In this document: in pieces, positions 53,431 through 64,000 of the stretch
How the letters are laid out: the number at the start of each line of letters is the position of its first letter
Numbering within the stretch: position 1 is the stretch's first letter
Assembly (NCBI GenBank): GCA_965243205.1
Contig: CBDEUK010000002.1
Location: 2,176,001 to 2,240,000 of the forward strand
DNA length: 64,000 bases
Direction of reading: 5' to 3'
Source of the DNA: Gammaproteobacteria bacterium
GTDB lineage: Bacteria; Pseudomonadota; Gammaproteobacteria; Eutrophobiales; Eutrophobiaceae
Notes under the pieces: model-generated
What the model was told of the DNA's origin: nothing
Databases searched by the model: none
What the model saw: only the letters and a program-made list of their open reading frames with translations
Program-made: the position numbers and the translations under genes

Positions 53431-54419
53431 TTCCAACACGATAAGCGCGCTAAAAAGTTTAGCTTTGTTGAACTAACATCTTCATGTACACCAACACGTT
53501 TAAGTTTATGTAGCACTTGGTTAGTATCGTTAATACCTGATTGAGTTGTTACCGCAGCGGAATAATTGTTTTGTACTAGCTCAGCGCTATAGTCGCTATA
53601 ATCGCCATTGGGATAGCAAAACAATGAAGCAGTATGAGAAGCTTTAGAGTTAATTTCTTTTTGACACCCCAGAACTTCATCTTCTATGAGTTCTTTTGAG
53701 ATGTTATCTTGCAAACGAATATGATGTTTTGTATGACCGCCAAAATCGATTAAACTTGAATCAAGCATATCTTGAATTTCTTGCCAGTTAAGCAGTTGTC
53801 GATTGCGTGAATCTAAATTTAATTCTGTTTCAACATTATCGAGCCAATCATTTAGTTCCGAGTCTAAGTAATGTTTTGCTTTGGCAATAACATCTGAAAT
53901 TTCAGATATATCAGAGTTTTTATTAATATCGAGTTTTTTTCTAAGATTCTCGAGATGCTCAGATTTTAGATTATGATCATCTAATTGAGTAGATATTGAC
54001 GCTAAACGATTAGGCCAAAATATTTTGTTAGTGCCCATCATACTGCTAACCAAAAATATGGTCGCTGATAACTGATGTTGTTTTAAAATAGGAAAAGCAT
54101 ATTGATAGTTATCTTGCCAGCCATCATCAAATGTGATCGCAAAATAATTACCAGGTGATAATGTATTATCATTTTTATGGTCAACCCAATCAGAGAGTTT
54201 AATGGGCTCCATGATTTCTTTTAACCATGTTAGATGGTTGCTAAATGTTTCTGGAGTGACATACATTCCAGGTTCTTCATTCAATTCTTTTGCTATTTCA
54301 GTAGGTAAAACGCGGTGATACATGAGTATCCAAAGCTTTGCTTCATTTGTTTTTTTTGTATGAGCCCCAAGTTTAGCCGCTATTGAATTGAAAATATTTT
54401 TTAAACTACGTTTTATCAT
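53427..54419 (-). CDS. Polysaccharide deacetylase (CE4)
   Basis: LMYHRV, TFDDGW, GHTKHH, FCYPNG. Confidence 0.92.
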   Translation of the reverse strand: MIKRSLKNIFNSIAAKLGAHTKKTNEAKLWILMYHRVLPTEIAKELNEEPGMYVTPETFSNHLTWLKEIMEPIKLSDWVDHKNDNTLSPGNYFAITFDDGWQDNYQYAFPILKQHQLSATIFLVSSMMGTNKIFWPNRLASISTQLDDHNLKSEHLENLRKKLDINKNSDISEISDVIAKAKHYLDSELNDWLDNVETELNLDSRNRQLLNWQEIQDMLDSSLIDFGGHTKHHIRLQDNISKELIEDEVLGCQKEINSKASHTASLFCYPNGDYSDYSAELVQNNYSAAVTTQSGINDTNQVLHKLKRVGVHEDVSSTKLNFLARLSCWN

Positions 54420-54425
54420 TAAAAG

Positions 54426-55775
54426 TTACTCATTACCTTTAAGTTTTGTTACTTCTGCAGAAGCAATACCATTCGATAGTTTTATATCAATATCATCACC
54501 TGAATTTAGTTGTTTAATTGATTGGACTAAACGGCCATCTTTAAGTGTCACCACAGAGTAACCTCGGTTTAAAACAGATAATGGGTTCATTATATCAAGC
54601 GAGCGTTTCAAATGATTCACATGAGTTTGCATGGTTTTAAATCGTTCTTCGTATAGATTTATTAACTGTTGTGTATTTGATTTTAGTTTTTCTTTTTGTA
54701 ACTTCAATTGGTTAGCTGGGTTTTGTATTGATATGGCATTGTGCAATCGTTGTAAATCATTTTGTTGTTTACTTATATGAATCAATGTTCGATTTGATAA
54801 TTGATTTAGAGCCAATTTTAATCGATTTTTAAAACTTTGAATCTGATTGTCAGATGACATTAATTTGCTACTGAGATAATCCAATTTTAAAGAAAATTGA
54901 TTTAAAGTATCAGAAACGATTTTTTTTAATTGGTTCTCAAAGGTTTGTAATGATTGTTTTATATTCATTACATCAGGGCAGATAATTTCAGCCGCAGCTG
55001 AAGGAGTTGGTGCTCTGACATCGACGACAAAATCAGTAATCGTAAAATCGATTTCATGTCCAACACCGCTAACCGTTGGGATAGGGCAGTCAAAGATTTT
55101 ACGAACAAGCGTTTCATCATTAAATGCCCAAAGATCTTCTATCGAACCGCCACCACGAGCAAATAGTAAAACATCAACTTCGTTGCGTTGAATAACCGTG
55201 TCTAACATTTTAGTTATTTCTATTGCTGCGCCGTCACCTTGTACAGGTACAGGGTAAATGTTTACGTTTGCTATTGGGTAACGTCGTTTTATAACATGCA
55301 AAATATCTCGAATGGCAGCGCCAGTTGCAGAGGTAATAACACCAATTGAATTTGGGTAATCAGGCAAAGGTTTTTTTTCATCTTGTGAAAATAGACCTTC
55401 TTTGTTTAATTTCTGTTTCAGTTCTTCATAAGCTCTTTGTAATGCCCCAGCTCCAGCTGGTTCCATTTGTTCAACAATTAACTGAAATTCGCCTCGATCT
55501 TCGTACAAACTCACATTGACGAGTAATAAGACTTCATCACCATTTTGTGGATTGAATTTCAACATGCGGTTACGACCACGAAACATGGCGCAACGTACCT
55601 GAGAGTTAGCATCTTTGAGCGAGAAATACATATGTCCTGAGGCTGGTTGGGCAAAATTAGAAATTTCACCTTTTACCCACATTACAGGAAAACTGCCTTC
55701 TAGCACCGCTTTCACCTCGCGGTTTAAACGCGTAACGCTGTAAATATCAAACTGATTCGGGTCGTTATTGGCCAT
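54426..55775 (-). CDS. xseA: Exodeoxyribonuclease VII large subunit
   Basis: GEISN..SGHMYFSLKD, RGGGSIEDLWAFN, GVGHEID, RAPTPSAAAE. Confidence 0.97.
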   Translation of the reverse strand: MANNDPNQFDIYSVTRLNREVKAVLEGSFPVMWVKGEISNFAQPASGHMYFSLKDANSQVRCAMFRGRNRMLKFNPQNGDEVLLLVNVSLYEDRGEFQLIVEQMEPAGAGALQRAYEELKQKLNKEGLFSQDEKKPLPDYPNSIGVITSATGAAIRDILHVIKRRYPIANVNIYPVPVQGDGAAIEITKMLDTVIQRNEVDVLLFARGGGSIEDLWAFNDETLVRKIFDCPIPTVSGVGHEIDFTITDFVVDVRAPTPSAAAEIICPDVMNIKQSLQTFENQLKKIVSDTLNQFSLKLDYLSSKLMSSDNQIQSFKNRLKLALNQLSNRTLIHISKQQNDLQRLHNAISIQNPANQLKLQKEKLKSNTQQLINLYEERFKTMQTHVNHLKRSLDIMNPLSVLNRGYSVVTLKDGRLVQSIKQLNSGDDIDIKLSNGIASAEVTKLKGNE

Positions 55776-55831
55776 ATCCAGTATTTATCGGTTTAGTTGC
55801 CTGATTACCTTATATTTTCTGAGTTCTTTAG

Positions 55832-55867
55832 TTTACCCTAGGAGGCTCTATCACTATAATACCGCGC
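55832..55867 (+). promoter_or_regulatory. guaB sigma70 promoter with GC-rich discriminator
   Basis: TTTACC, 17 nt spacer, TATAAT (55855), then ACCGCGC. Confidence 0.65.
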
Positions 55868-55888
55868 ACTTTCAAATCTGCGGAATGA

Positions 55889-57355
<1,467 letters not shown>

Positions 57356-57356
57356 T

Positions 57357-58931
57357 ATGAAGAATATTCATTCTGAAAAAGTCCTGATCCTGGACTTTGG
57401 TTCACAATACACACAATTAATTGCACGTCGCGTGCGTGAAGCGAATGTATTTAGTGAAATCGTACCGTTCGATATCGATGATGAATTTATAAAAAACTAT
57501 AACGCTAAAGCGGTTATCTTATCGGGTGGTCCAGAATCAGTGAATGAATCTGTTCATGTCAAAGCACCTGATATCGTTTTCCAACTTGGTATTCCAGTGC
57601 TTGGTATTTGTTATGGCATGCAAACTATGGCAGCGCAGTTAGGTGGTAAAGTTGAAACATCAACGCATCGAGAATTTGGTTATGCCCAAGTGCGTGCAAG
57701 AGGTCACTCTAATCTATTAAAAGATATTCAGGATGAAACCAACGATGAAGGCCATGGTTTATTAGATGTATGGATGAGTCACGGTGATCATGTAACGGAT
57801 TTACCACCTGAATTTAAAATTATTGCATCAACTGATAACGCGCCTATTGCAGGTATAGCAAACGAAGAAAAACAGTTTTACGGTTTACAGTTTCACCCAG
57901 AAGTTACTCATACCAAACAAGGTATGGAAATTTTGCAACGCTTTTTACATGAGATAGCTGGTTGTGGTCGTTTATGGACTACCGATAAAATTATTGAAGA
58001 CATTCTTAATTCAGTAAAACAACAAGTTGGTAATGATCAAGTTTTATTGGGTTTATCGGGTGGTGTGGATTCTTCAGTCGTTGCTGCTTTATTACATAAA
58101 GCCATCGGCGATCAATTAACCTGTGTGTTTGTTGATAATGGATTGTTAAGACTTAATGAAGGACAACAAGTCATGGATACCTTTGCAGAGCACATGGGAG
58201 TGAAAGTTGTACATGCTAAAGCTGAGGATCGTTTTCTCAATGCATTAAAAGGTGAGGATGACCCAGAACAAAAACGTAAGATCATTGGTAAAACCTTTAT
58301 TGATGTATTTGATGAGGAATCGCATAAATTAGAAGGTATCAATTGGTTAGCTCAAGGCACGATTTATCCTGATGTGATCGAATCGGCTGGTGCCAAAACT
58401 GGTAAAGCGCATGTGATCAAATCACATCATAATGTGGGTGGCTTACCAGAAGATATGAAAATGTCTTTAGTCGAACCATTACGTGAATTATTCAAAGATG
58501 AAGTTCGTAAGATCGGTTTAGAATTAGGTCTACCCGAACAAATGATCATGCGACATCCATTTCCTGGCCCAGGTTTAGGTGTACGTATCTTAGGTGAAGT
58601 CAAAAAAGAATATGCAGACTTATTACGTTTAGCGGATCATATTTTTATCGAAGAATTATACAAACACGATTTATATTATAAAACATCACAAGCCTTTACT
58701 GTTTTCCTTCCTGTTAAATCTGTTGGAGTTATGGGCGATGCTCGAAAATATGATTATGTGGTTTCATTAAGAGCCGTTGAAACGATTGATTTCATGACCG
58801 CACGTTGGGCTCATTTACCACATGACTTTTTAGAACATGTTTCTAATCGTATCATCAATGAAGTCGATGGTATTTCTCGAGTAACTTACGATATATCCAG
58901 CAAACCACCAGCTACAATTGAGTGGGAATAA
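57357..58931 (+). CDS. guaA: GMP synthase (glutamine-hydrolysing)
   Basis: [37 protein letters not shown]. Confidence 0.99.
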   Translation: MKNIHSEKVLILDFGSQYTQLIARRVREANVFSEIVPFDIDDEFIKNYNAKAVILSGGPESVNESVHVKAPDIVFQLGIPVLGICYGMQTMAAQLGGKVETSTHREFGYAQVRARGHSNLLKDIQDETNDEGHGLLDVWMSHGDHVTDLPPEFKIIASTDNAPIAGIANEEKQFYGLQFHPEVTHTKQGMEILQRFLHEIAGCGRLWTTDKIIEDILNSVKQQVGNDQVLLGLSGGVDSSVVAALLHKAIGDQLTCVFVDNGLLRLNEGQQVMDTFAEHMGVKVVHAKAEDRFLNALKGEDDPEQKRKIIGKTFIDVFDEESHKLEGINWLAQGTIYPDVIESAGAKTGKAHVIKSHHNVGGLPEDMKMSLVEPLRELFKDEVRKIGLELGLPEQMIMRHPFPGPGLGVRILGEVKKEYADLLRLADHIFIEELYKHDLYYKTSQAFTVFLPVKSVGVMGDARKYDYVVSLRAVETIDFMTARWAHLPHDFLEHVSNRIINEVDGISRVTYDISSKPPATIEWE

Positions 58932-58948
58932 ATAATCAAGGAGTAGAT

Positions 58949-59341
58949 ATGGCTCCAATCATTGTTCCAAGCTACGCAGCGATATTTGCGTTACTATTTA
59001 TTTTTCTAAGCATTAGAACGATACGTTTAAGACGTGCAAATAAAATTCCTGTTGGTGATAATAATAAAGTCCTCCAGAAAGCTATCAGAGCTCACGCAAA
59101 TTTTTCTGAATACGTTCCATTCAGTTTATTGTTATTAATATTCGTTGAGATGATGAATTATTCTTGGTACTTAGTGCATCTATTATGTATTGCTTTATTG
59201 ATTGGTCGAATCTCTCATGCTTATGGGGTTAGCCAAGTCGAAGAAGATTATCGTTTCCGTATTTATGGAATGGCAATGACATTTACATCAATCGGTATTT
59301 CTAGTTTTCTTATCTTAATGAAAGCTATTGGCATCGTATAA
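58949..59341 (+). CDS. MAPEG-family membrane protein (YecN-like)
   Basis: ATG 58949 after AGGAG; RAHANFSEYVP, GRISHAYG. Confidence 0.88.
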   Translation: MAPIIVPSYAAIFALLFIFLSIRTIRLRRANKIPVGDNNKVLQKAIRAHANFSEYVPFSLLLLIFVEMMNYSWYLVHLLCIALLIGRISHAYGVSQVEEDYRFRIYGMAMTFTSIGISSFLILMKAIGIV

Positions 59342-59343
59342 TT

Positions 59344-59805
59344 ATGAATGTTGATGAACAATGGATGCGGAGGGTTTTAGAGTTAGCAAAGCAAGCTGAG
59401 CTTGAAGGAGAAGTGCCTGTAGGTGCCGTTTTAGTAAAAGATAATCAAGTTGTTGCGGAAGCTTATAATCAACCCATTACATTATGCGATCCAACGGCAC
59501 ACGCGGAAATGCTTGCATTGCGTGAAGGTGCGAAAGCACTAAATAACTATCGACTATTAAACACAACTTTATATGTCACGCTTGAACCTTGTGCCATGTG
59601 CGCTATGGCTTTGATACATGCTCGAGTTGAACGAGTTGTGTTTGGTGCCAGTGATCCAAAAACTGGCGCAGCGGGCAGTGTGTACTCTATTTTAGGGACG
59701 GACGAGTTGAATCATAAAGTGGATGTGGAAAAAGGTATATTAGAAGCTGAGTGTTCAGCTTTATTAAGTGACTTTTTCAAACAAAAACGCCAAAGAGTTT
59801 CATAA
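59344..59805 (+). CDS. tadA: tRNA adenosine(34) deaminase
   Basis: EVPVGAV, HAE, LEPCAMC, DPKTGAAGS. Confidence 0.96.
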   Translation: MNVDEQWMRRVLELAKQAELEGEVPVGAVLVKDNQVVAEAYNQPITLCDPTAHAEMLALREGAKALNNYRLLNTTLYVTLEPCAMCAMALIHARVERVVFGASDPKTGAAGSVYSILGTDELNHKVDVEKGILEAECSALLSDFFKQKRQRVS

Positions 59806-59889
59806 CAAACAATTTTTATTGAGCATTTATAGTGCTCTTTTAAGTCTTTTCCGCTATCGTATATACCATTACAGTCTTTGGTATTTTTC

Positions 59890-62064
59890 ATGTTCAATAA
59901 AGCTCCAAGTCTCTTTTCATATACAACCTACTGGGCAGAGTGTTTCGGTATTGCGCCGTATTTACCAATGTCCAGGGCAGAGATGGATGAACTTGGTTGG
60001 GATAGTTGCGATATTATTTTAGTGACAGGCGATGCTTATATCGATCACCCAAGTTTTGGTATGGCTGTAATGGGTCGCTTGCTTGAATCGCAAGGGTTTC
60101 GCGTGGGAATTATTTCTCAACCGAATTGGCAAAATACTGAAGACTTCATGAAACTGGGTAAACCCAATTTATATTTTGGTGTTACCGCAGGCAATATGGA
60201 TTCACTCATCAACCGTTACACAGCGGATTTACGATTACGTAGTGATGATGCCTATACACCGAACGGTGAAGCAGGAAAGCGTCCAGATCGTTCAGTGATT
60301 GTTTATAGTCAACGCTGTAAAGAAGCTTATAAAGATGTACCTATAGTGATTGGTGGTATAGAAGCTAGTTTACGCCGTATTGCTCAATATGATTACTGGA
60401 GCGATAAAGTTAGAAAGTCTATCTTAATTGATTCAGGCGCGGATATTTTATTATTCGGAAATGCTGAAAGGGCAATCTTAGAAATAACTCATAAGGTTGC
60501 ACAAGGTATCAATATAAAAGAATTACAAAATATTCGTGGTACAGCAGTGTTGCGAGAATCGTTGCCTGAAGATTGGATTGAGATCGATTCTTCTCGCATA
60601 GATTGGCCAAGTACATGGCCAAAAGATATCGATGTAAAAAACAATCCTTATGATTACGATCATAACCCTCAAACAAATGAAGAGTGTGCTTCGAAAAATC
60701 AAGCTGCTCAAGAATCAGAAAGTAATCAAAAAGAAATTAAATTAATTCCTATGCCGTTGGCGAACAAGTTGCGATTAGATCCAGAGAAGACCTGTATACG
60801 TTTGCCATCATTTGAAAAGGTTAGAAATGATTCTGCATTGTATGCACATACATCTCGTGTTTTACATCTTGAATCAAACCCTCATAACGCCAAACCTTTA
60901 GTGCAACGTCATGGTACTCAAGATATATTAATTAATTTGCCTCCTATTCCGTTAAGTACAGAAGAAATGGATGCCGTATTCGATTTACCGTATCAACGCA
61001 GACCACATCCAAGTTACGGTGATGCAAAGATACCAGCTTATGACATGATCAAATTTTCTGTGAATATCATGCGCGGTTGCTTTGGTGGTTGTACTTTTTG
61101 TTCCATTACTGAACATGAGGGTCGCATTATCCAAAGCCGTTCCCAAGAATCCGTGTTACGTGAAATAGAAGAAATACGTGATAACGTACCAGGCTTTACT
61201 GGGACCATATCCGATCTGGGTGGGCCAACGGCAAATATGTATCACCTTAATTGTAAGGACGATAAAATCCAAGCGAATTGCAGAAGGCTATCCTGTGTCT
61301 ACCCAGGTATTTGTAAAAACTTAAAAACCGATCACAGTGAAACAACAAACCTTTATCGTAAAGCCAGGAAAATAAAAGGAATTAAACGTGTCATGGTGGC
61401 TTCAGGCTTAAGGTATGACTTGGCAGTGGAAGATCCAGAATATGTTAAAGAGTTAGTAACGCATCATGTTGGTGGTTATTTAAAGATCGCACCAGAACAT
61501 AGTGAGCAAGGCCCGTTAAGTAAAATGATGAAACCAGGTATGGGGTCTTACGATAAATTTAAAAAGATGTTTGAAAAATTTTCTAAGGAGGCAGGTAAAG
61601 AACAATATTTAATTCCTTACTTTATTGCAGCTCATCCAGGTTCTGAAAATGAAGACATGCTTAATCTTGCGCTGTGGTTAAAGAAATATAATTTCAAACT
61701 CGATCAAGTTCAGACTTTTTATCCTTCACCAATGGCATTAGCCACAGCTATGTACCATTCAGGCAAAGATCCATTGCATAAAGTGAAATATAAAAGTGAT
61801 AAAATTTTTGTACCCAAAGAATTAGAACAACGTCGATTGCAAAAAGCATTTTTACGCTATCATGATTCGAATAATTGGGATGTGCTACGTGCTGCTTTAA
61901 AAGATATGAATCGATCGGAGTTAATAGGTGATGGTGTGAATCAATTAATACCTTCTGAAAAGCAAGCTATGCAAATTGAAAAACAACAACAATTTAAAAA
62001 GCGCGTGACAGATTCTAAACGTACTATTAAAAAACAGCGTGCAAATAGAAAAAAACATCACTAG
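59890..62064 (+). CDS. ygiQ: YgiQ-family radical SAM protein
   Basis: [31 protein letters not shown]; start may be 59878 or 59890. Confidence 0.93.
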   Translation: MFNKAPSLFSYTTYWAECFGIAPYLPMSRAEMDELGWDSCDIILVTGDAYIDHPSFGMAVMGRLLESQGFRVGIISQPNWQNTEDFMKLGKPNLYFGVTAGNMDSLINRYTADLRLRSDDAYTPNGEAGKRPDRSVIVYSQRCKEAYKDVPIVIGGIEASLRRIAQYDYWSDKVRKSILIDSGADILLFGNAERAILEITHKVAQGINIKELQNIRGTAVLRESLPEDWIEIDSSRIDWPSTWPKDIDVKNNPYDYDHNPQTNEECASKNQAAQESESNQKEIKLIPMPLANKLRLDPEKTCIRLPSFEKVRNDSALYAHTSRVLHLESNPHNAKPLVQRHGTQDILINLPPIPLSTEEMDAVFDLPYQRRPHPSYGDAKIPAYDMIKFSVNIMRGCFGGCTFCSITEHEGRIIQSRSQESVLREIEEIRDNVPGFTGTISDLGGPTANMYHLNCKDDKIQANCRRLSCVYPGICKNLKTDHSETTNLYRKARKIKGIKRVMVASGLRYDLAVEDPEYVKELVTHHVGGYLKIAPEHSEQGPLSKMMKPGMGSYDKFKKMFEKFSKEAGKEQYLIPYFIAAHPGSENEDMLNLALWLKKYNFKLDQVQTFYPSPMALATAMYHSGKDPLHKVKYKSDKIFVPKELEQRRLQKAFLRYHDSNNWDVLRAALKDMNRSELIGDGVNQLIPSEKQAMQIEKQQQFKKRVTDSKRTIKKQRANRKKHH

Positions 62065-62073
62065 TGAATAACG

Positions 62074-62568
62074 ATGAGTGACCAGCAACTTGAATTATTA
62101 GCAATACAATTAGGTGAAATAGCTTTATCACATGATTATTTAATTGCGACAGCAGAATCTTGTACTGGTGGTGGCGTTGCAGAAGCTATCACGCGTATTG
62201 CTGGAAGTTCACAATGGTTTGATAGAAGTTTTGTAACCTATTCGAATAATGCAAAAACTGAAATGTTAGATGTTCAACAACAAACTTTGGATGAGTATGG
62301 TGCTGTTAGCGAACAGACAGCACGAGAAATGGCATTAGGTGCATTAAAACACTCACATTCTGATATTGTTGTTTCTATTACAGGCATCGCAGGCCCAGGT
62401 GGTGGTTCGGAAGAAAAACCCGTTGGTACAGTATGTTTTGCATGGGGTGATCGAATTGCAGAAATTATAACTGCAACTGTACTTTTCAAAGGCGACAGAC
62501 AATCCATTCGTATGCAATCATGCATGATGGCGCTGCAAGGATTAATAGATCTCATACAAAAACACTAA
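62074..62568 (+). CDS. pncC: CinA C-terminal / nicotinamide-nucleotide amidohydrolase
   Basis: TAESCTGG, GSSQWF, TYSN.AK, GAVSE, TGIAGP.GG. Confidence 0.9.
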   Translation: MSDQQLELLAIQLGEIALSHDYLIATAESCTGGGVAEAITRIAGSSQWFDRSFVTYSNNAKTEMLDVQQQTLDEYGAVSEQTAREMALGALKHSHSDIVVSITGIAGPGGGSEEKPVGTVCFAWGDRIAEIITATVLFKGDRQSIRMQSCMMALQGLIDLIQKH

Positions 62569-62599
62569 TTCCTCATGAAATTATTCACTAAATCTACAT

Positions 62600-62621
62600 T
62601 AATGTGATCTAGATCATATTT
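62600..62621. promoter_or_regulatory. CRP-like operator
   Basis: TAATGTGATCTAGATCATATTT matches 20/22 of consensus AAATGTGATCTAGATCACATTT. Confidence 0.65.
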
Positions 62622-62727
62622 TCTTCTTAATAATGTTTTTGCCTTAGTCACAGTTAAATAGAATAGCCAAATTTACTCTCTTTAATATTACTCAAGAGAT
62701 TTGGGTGTTAGAGAGTTTTTCTGATAT

Positions 62728-62743
62728 TGGACTGGTTATTGCT
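62728..62743 (+). promoter_or_regulatory. Possible sigma54 promoter of the VPLPA-CTERM gene
   Basis: TGGACT-GGTTA-TTGCT: GG-N10-GC spacing, good -12, weak -24. Confidence 0.45.
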
Positions 62744-62792
62744 TTTTATTTTCAGCCTTAAATTATAATAGATAGTTCCAGGGAGAGCTTTC

Positions 62793-63476
62793 ATGTCGTA
62801 TCTAAATCGTAATTTGCTATTCATTCTGTTTTTAATCATTTCTTATAACTCACACTCAGCGGTTACCACATACAGTTTTGAGGCTGATTATTTAGCTGCT
62901 CTGGGTTCTGCCACTACCATTACTGAAAATTTTGATGCTTTGACAGCAGAGCAGATTATCAATAATGGCGATACTATTAATGGTATTACATATGAGTATT
63001 CACCATTAGAAGCAGGTCCGATTTTAATGATAGATAACCTCACTGATACTACTTCAGGGTTGAACTATTTAAGTACGGATGATGGGTTAGGCTTCTTAGG
63101 AGGCGATTCTTTAACAATAACTTTTGACCAAACTTTATTTGCTATTGGCTTATACATCATTACAGATTCTTTTTTATTAGATGGTGATGTCACCTTAACG
63201 ACTAACAATAGTCAAGAAGCATCTAATAGTGAATTTTCTGATACCGATGTGTTTTTATTTGATGCTGAAGCTTTTTTCATTGGTTTGATTGAAGATGATT
63301 TGAGCCAAGGCTTTAACAGTATTACTCTCACCAGTCTTGATGAAGGTTTTTTATTTACAATTGATGATATTACTGCAGCGACTGTAACAGCTCCTGTTCC
63401 TTTACCTGCTGCATTCGGTTTGTTTTCATTAGGTTTATTTTCACTGGGTTTTTTGAGGCGCGATAGTCTTTCTTGA
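62793..63476 (+). CDS. VPLPA-CTERM (PEP-CTERM-type) exosortase target surface protein
   Basis: Signal peptide, acidic Thr/Asp-rich body, C-terminal VPLPAA + TM + RR. Confidence 0.9.
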   Translation: MSYLNRNLLFILFLIISYNSHSAVTTYSFEADYLAALGSATTITENFDALTAEQIINNGDTINGITYEYSPLEAGPILMIDNLTDTTSGLNYLSTDDGLGFLGGDSLTITFDQTLFAIGLYIITDSFLLDGDVTLTTNNSQEASNSEFSDTDVFLFDAEAFFIGLIEDDLSQGFNSITLTSLDEGFLFTIDDITAATVTAPVPLPAAFGLFSLGLFSLGFLRRDSLS

Positions 63477-63567
63477 TGAAAGTCTATTTTTACCAATAAA
63501 TTACAAAGGATAGTTTTATAAACAAAGTAACTATTAGGGTAATTAATGATTAATTTTTCATTAAAGA

Positions 63568-64000
63568 CTAATGTAATGTTTTAAATTCTTTGGTGTCTAT
63601 AGCGAACTTCTTGATTCTTGAAGCTACTGTGGTTGGTTTTATTCCTAAAATATCGGCTACACCTCCTTGTCCAAATACTTTGCCTTCACATTTCTGTAAG
63701 GCTTTTATTAAGTTTCGACGTTCATGGTCACGAAATTCAGATTCAGTTAATATATCACTTTTATTTAAAATACTTGCAATATCAGACTGATTCGAAGTTT
63801 TTACTTCAAGATTACTAAAAGTAACAGAATTTCCACGACATAATATAACTTGTCGTTCAATTATATTTTCAAGTTCCCGAATATTTCCTGGCCAATGGTA
63901 TTGTTTTAAACGTTCTAATTCATTTAATGAAATCTTCAAATCTTGTTTGTTATTTTTCTTACTTGCTCGATTTAAAAAATGTTGCACAAGTATTGGGATA
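63568..64000 (-). CDS. sigma54-dependent enhancer-binding protein (C-terminal part; start outside window)
   Basis: Frame open to window edge (IPILVQHFL), YHWPGNIRELENIIER, Fis-type HTH ADILGIKPTT. Confidence 0.92.
   Translation of the reverse strand, partial: IPILVQHFLNRASKKNNKQDLKISLNELERLKQYHWPGNIRELENIIERQVILCRGNSVTFSNLEVKTSNQSDIASILNKSDILTESEFRDHERRNLIKALQKCEGKVFGQGGVADILGIKPTTVASRIKKFAIDTKEFKTLH

Overview
AT-rich gammaproteobacterial chromosome segment in three parts. (1) 1-16.8 kb is conserved housekeeping synteny: hemL-thiE-thiD, a rubredoxin missed by the ORF track, hemJ, argC, bactofilin, erpA, anmK, an M23 peptidase, tyrS and a complete rRNA operon (16S-tRNA-Ile-tRNA-Ala-23S-5S). 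(2) 17-54.4 kb is a ~37 kb exopolysaccharide/exosortase (PEP-CTERM/XrtA-type) locus. It has the priming glycosyltransferase, Wza/Wzc-like export, OM beta-barrel, ExeA-like ATPase, flippase, O-antigen-ligase-like protein and exosortase, plus a rich tailoring set: four CE4 deacetylases, ATP-grasp ligase, formyltransferase, AsnB amidotransferase, DegT aminotransferase, GNAT and FemAB. (3) 54.4-64 kb holds xseA, guaBA, MAPEG, tadA, ygiQ, cinA/pncC, a VPLPA-CTERM exosortase substrate and a truncated sigma54 activator. Best leads: a FemAB-like protein fused to an apparent seryl-tRNA-synthetase tRNA-binding arm (possible Ser-tRNA-dependent glycan aminoacylation); an unannotated ~85-nt sRNA upstream of argC with its own promoter, hairpin, (AAT)n tract and terminator; and a sigma54 promoter plus TGTCG-N9-GACA architecture shared by two EPS operons. 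No CRISPR array, transposase, integrase or phage gene was seen. All family assignments come from motif recognition by eye, not database searches.
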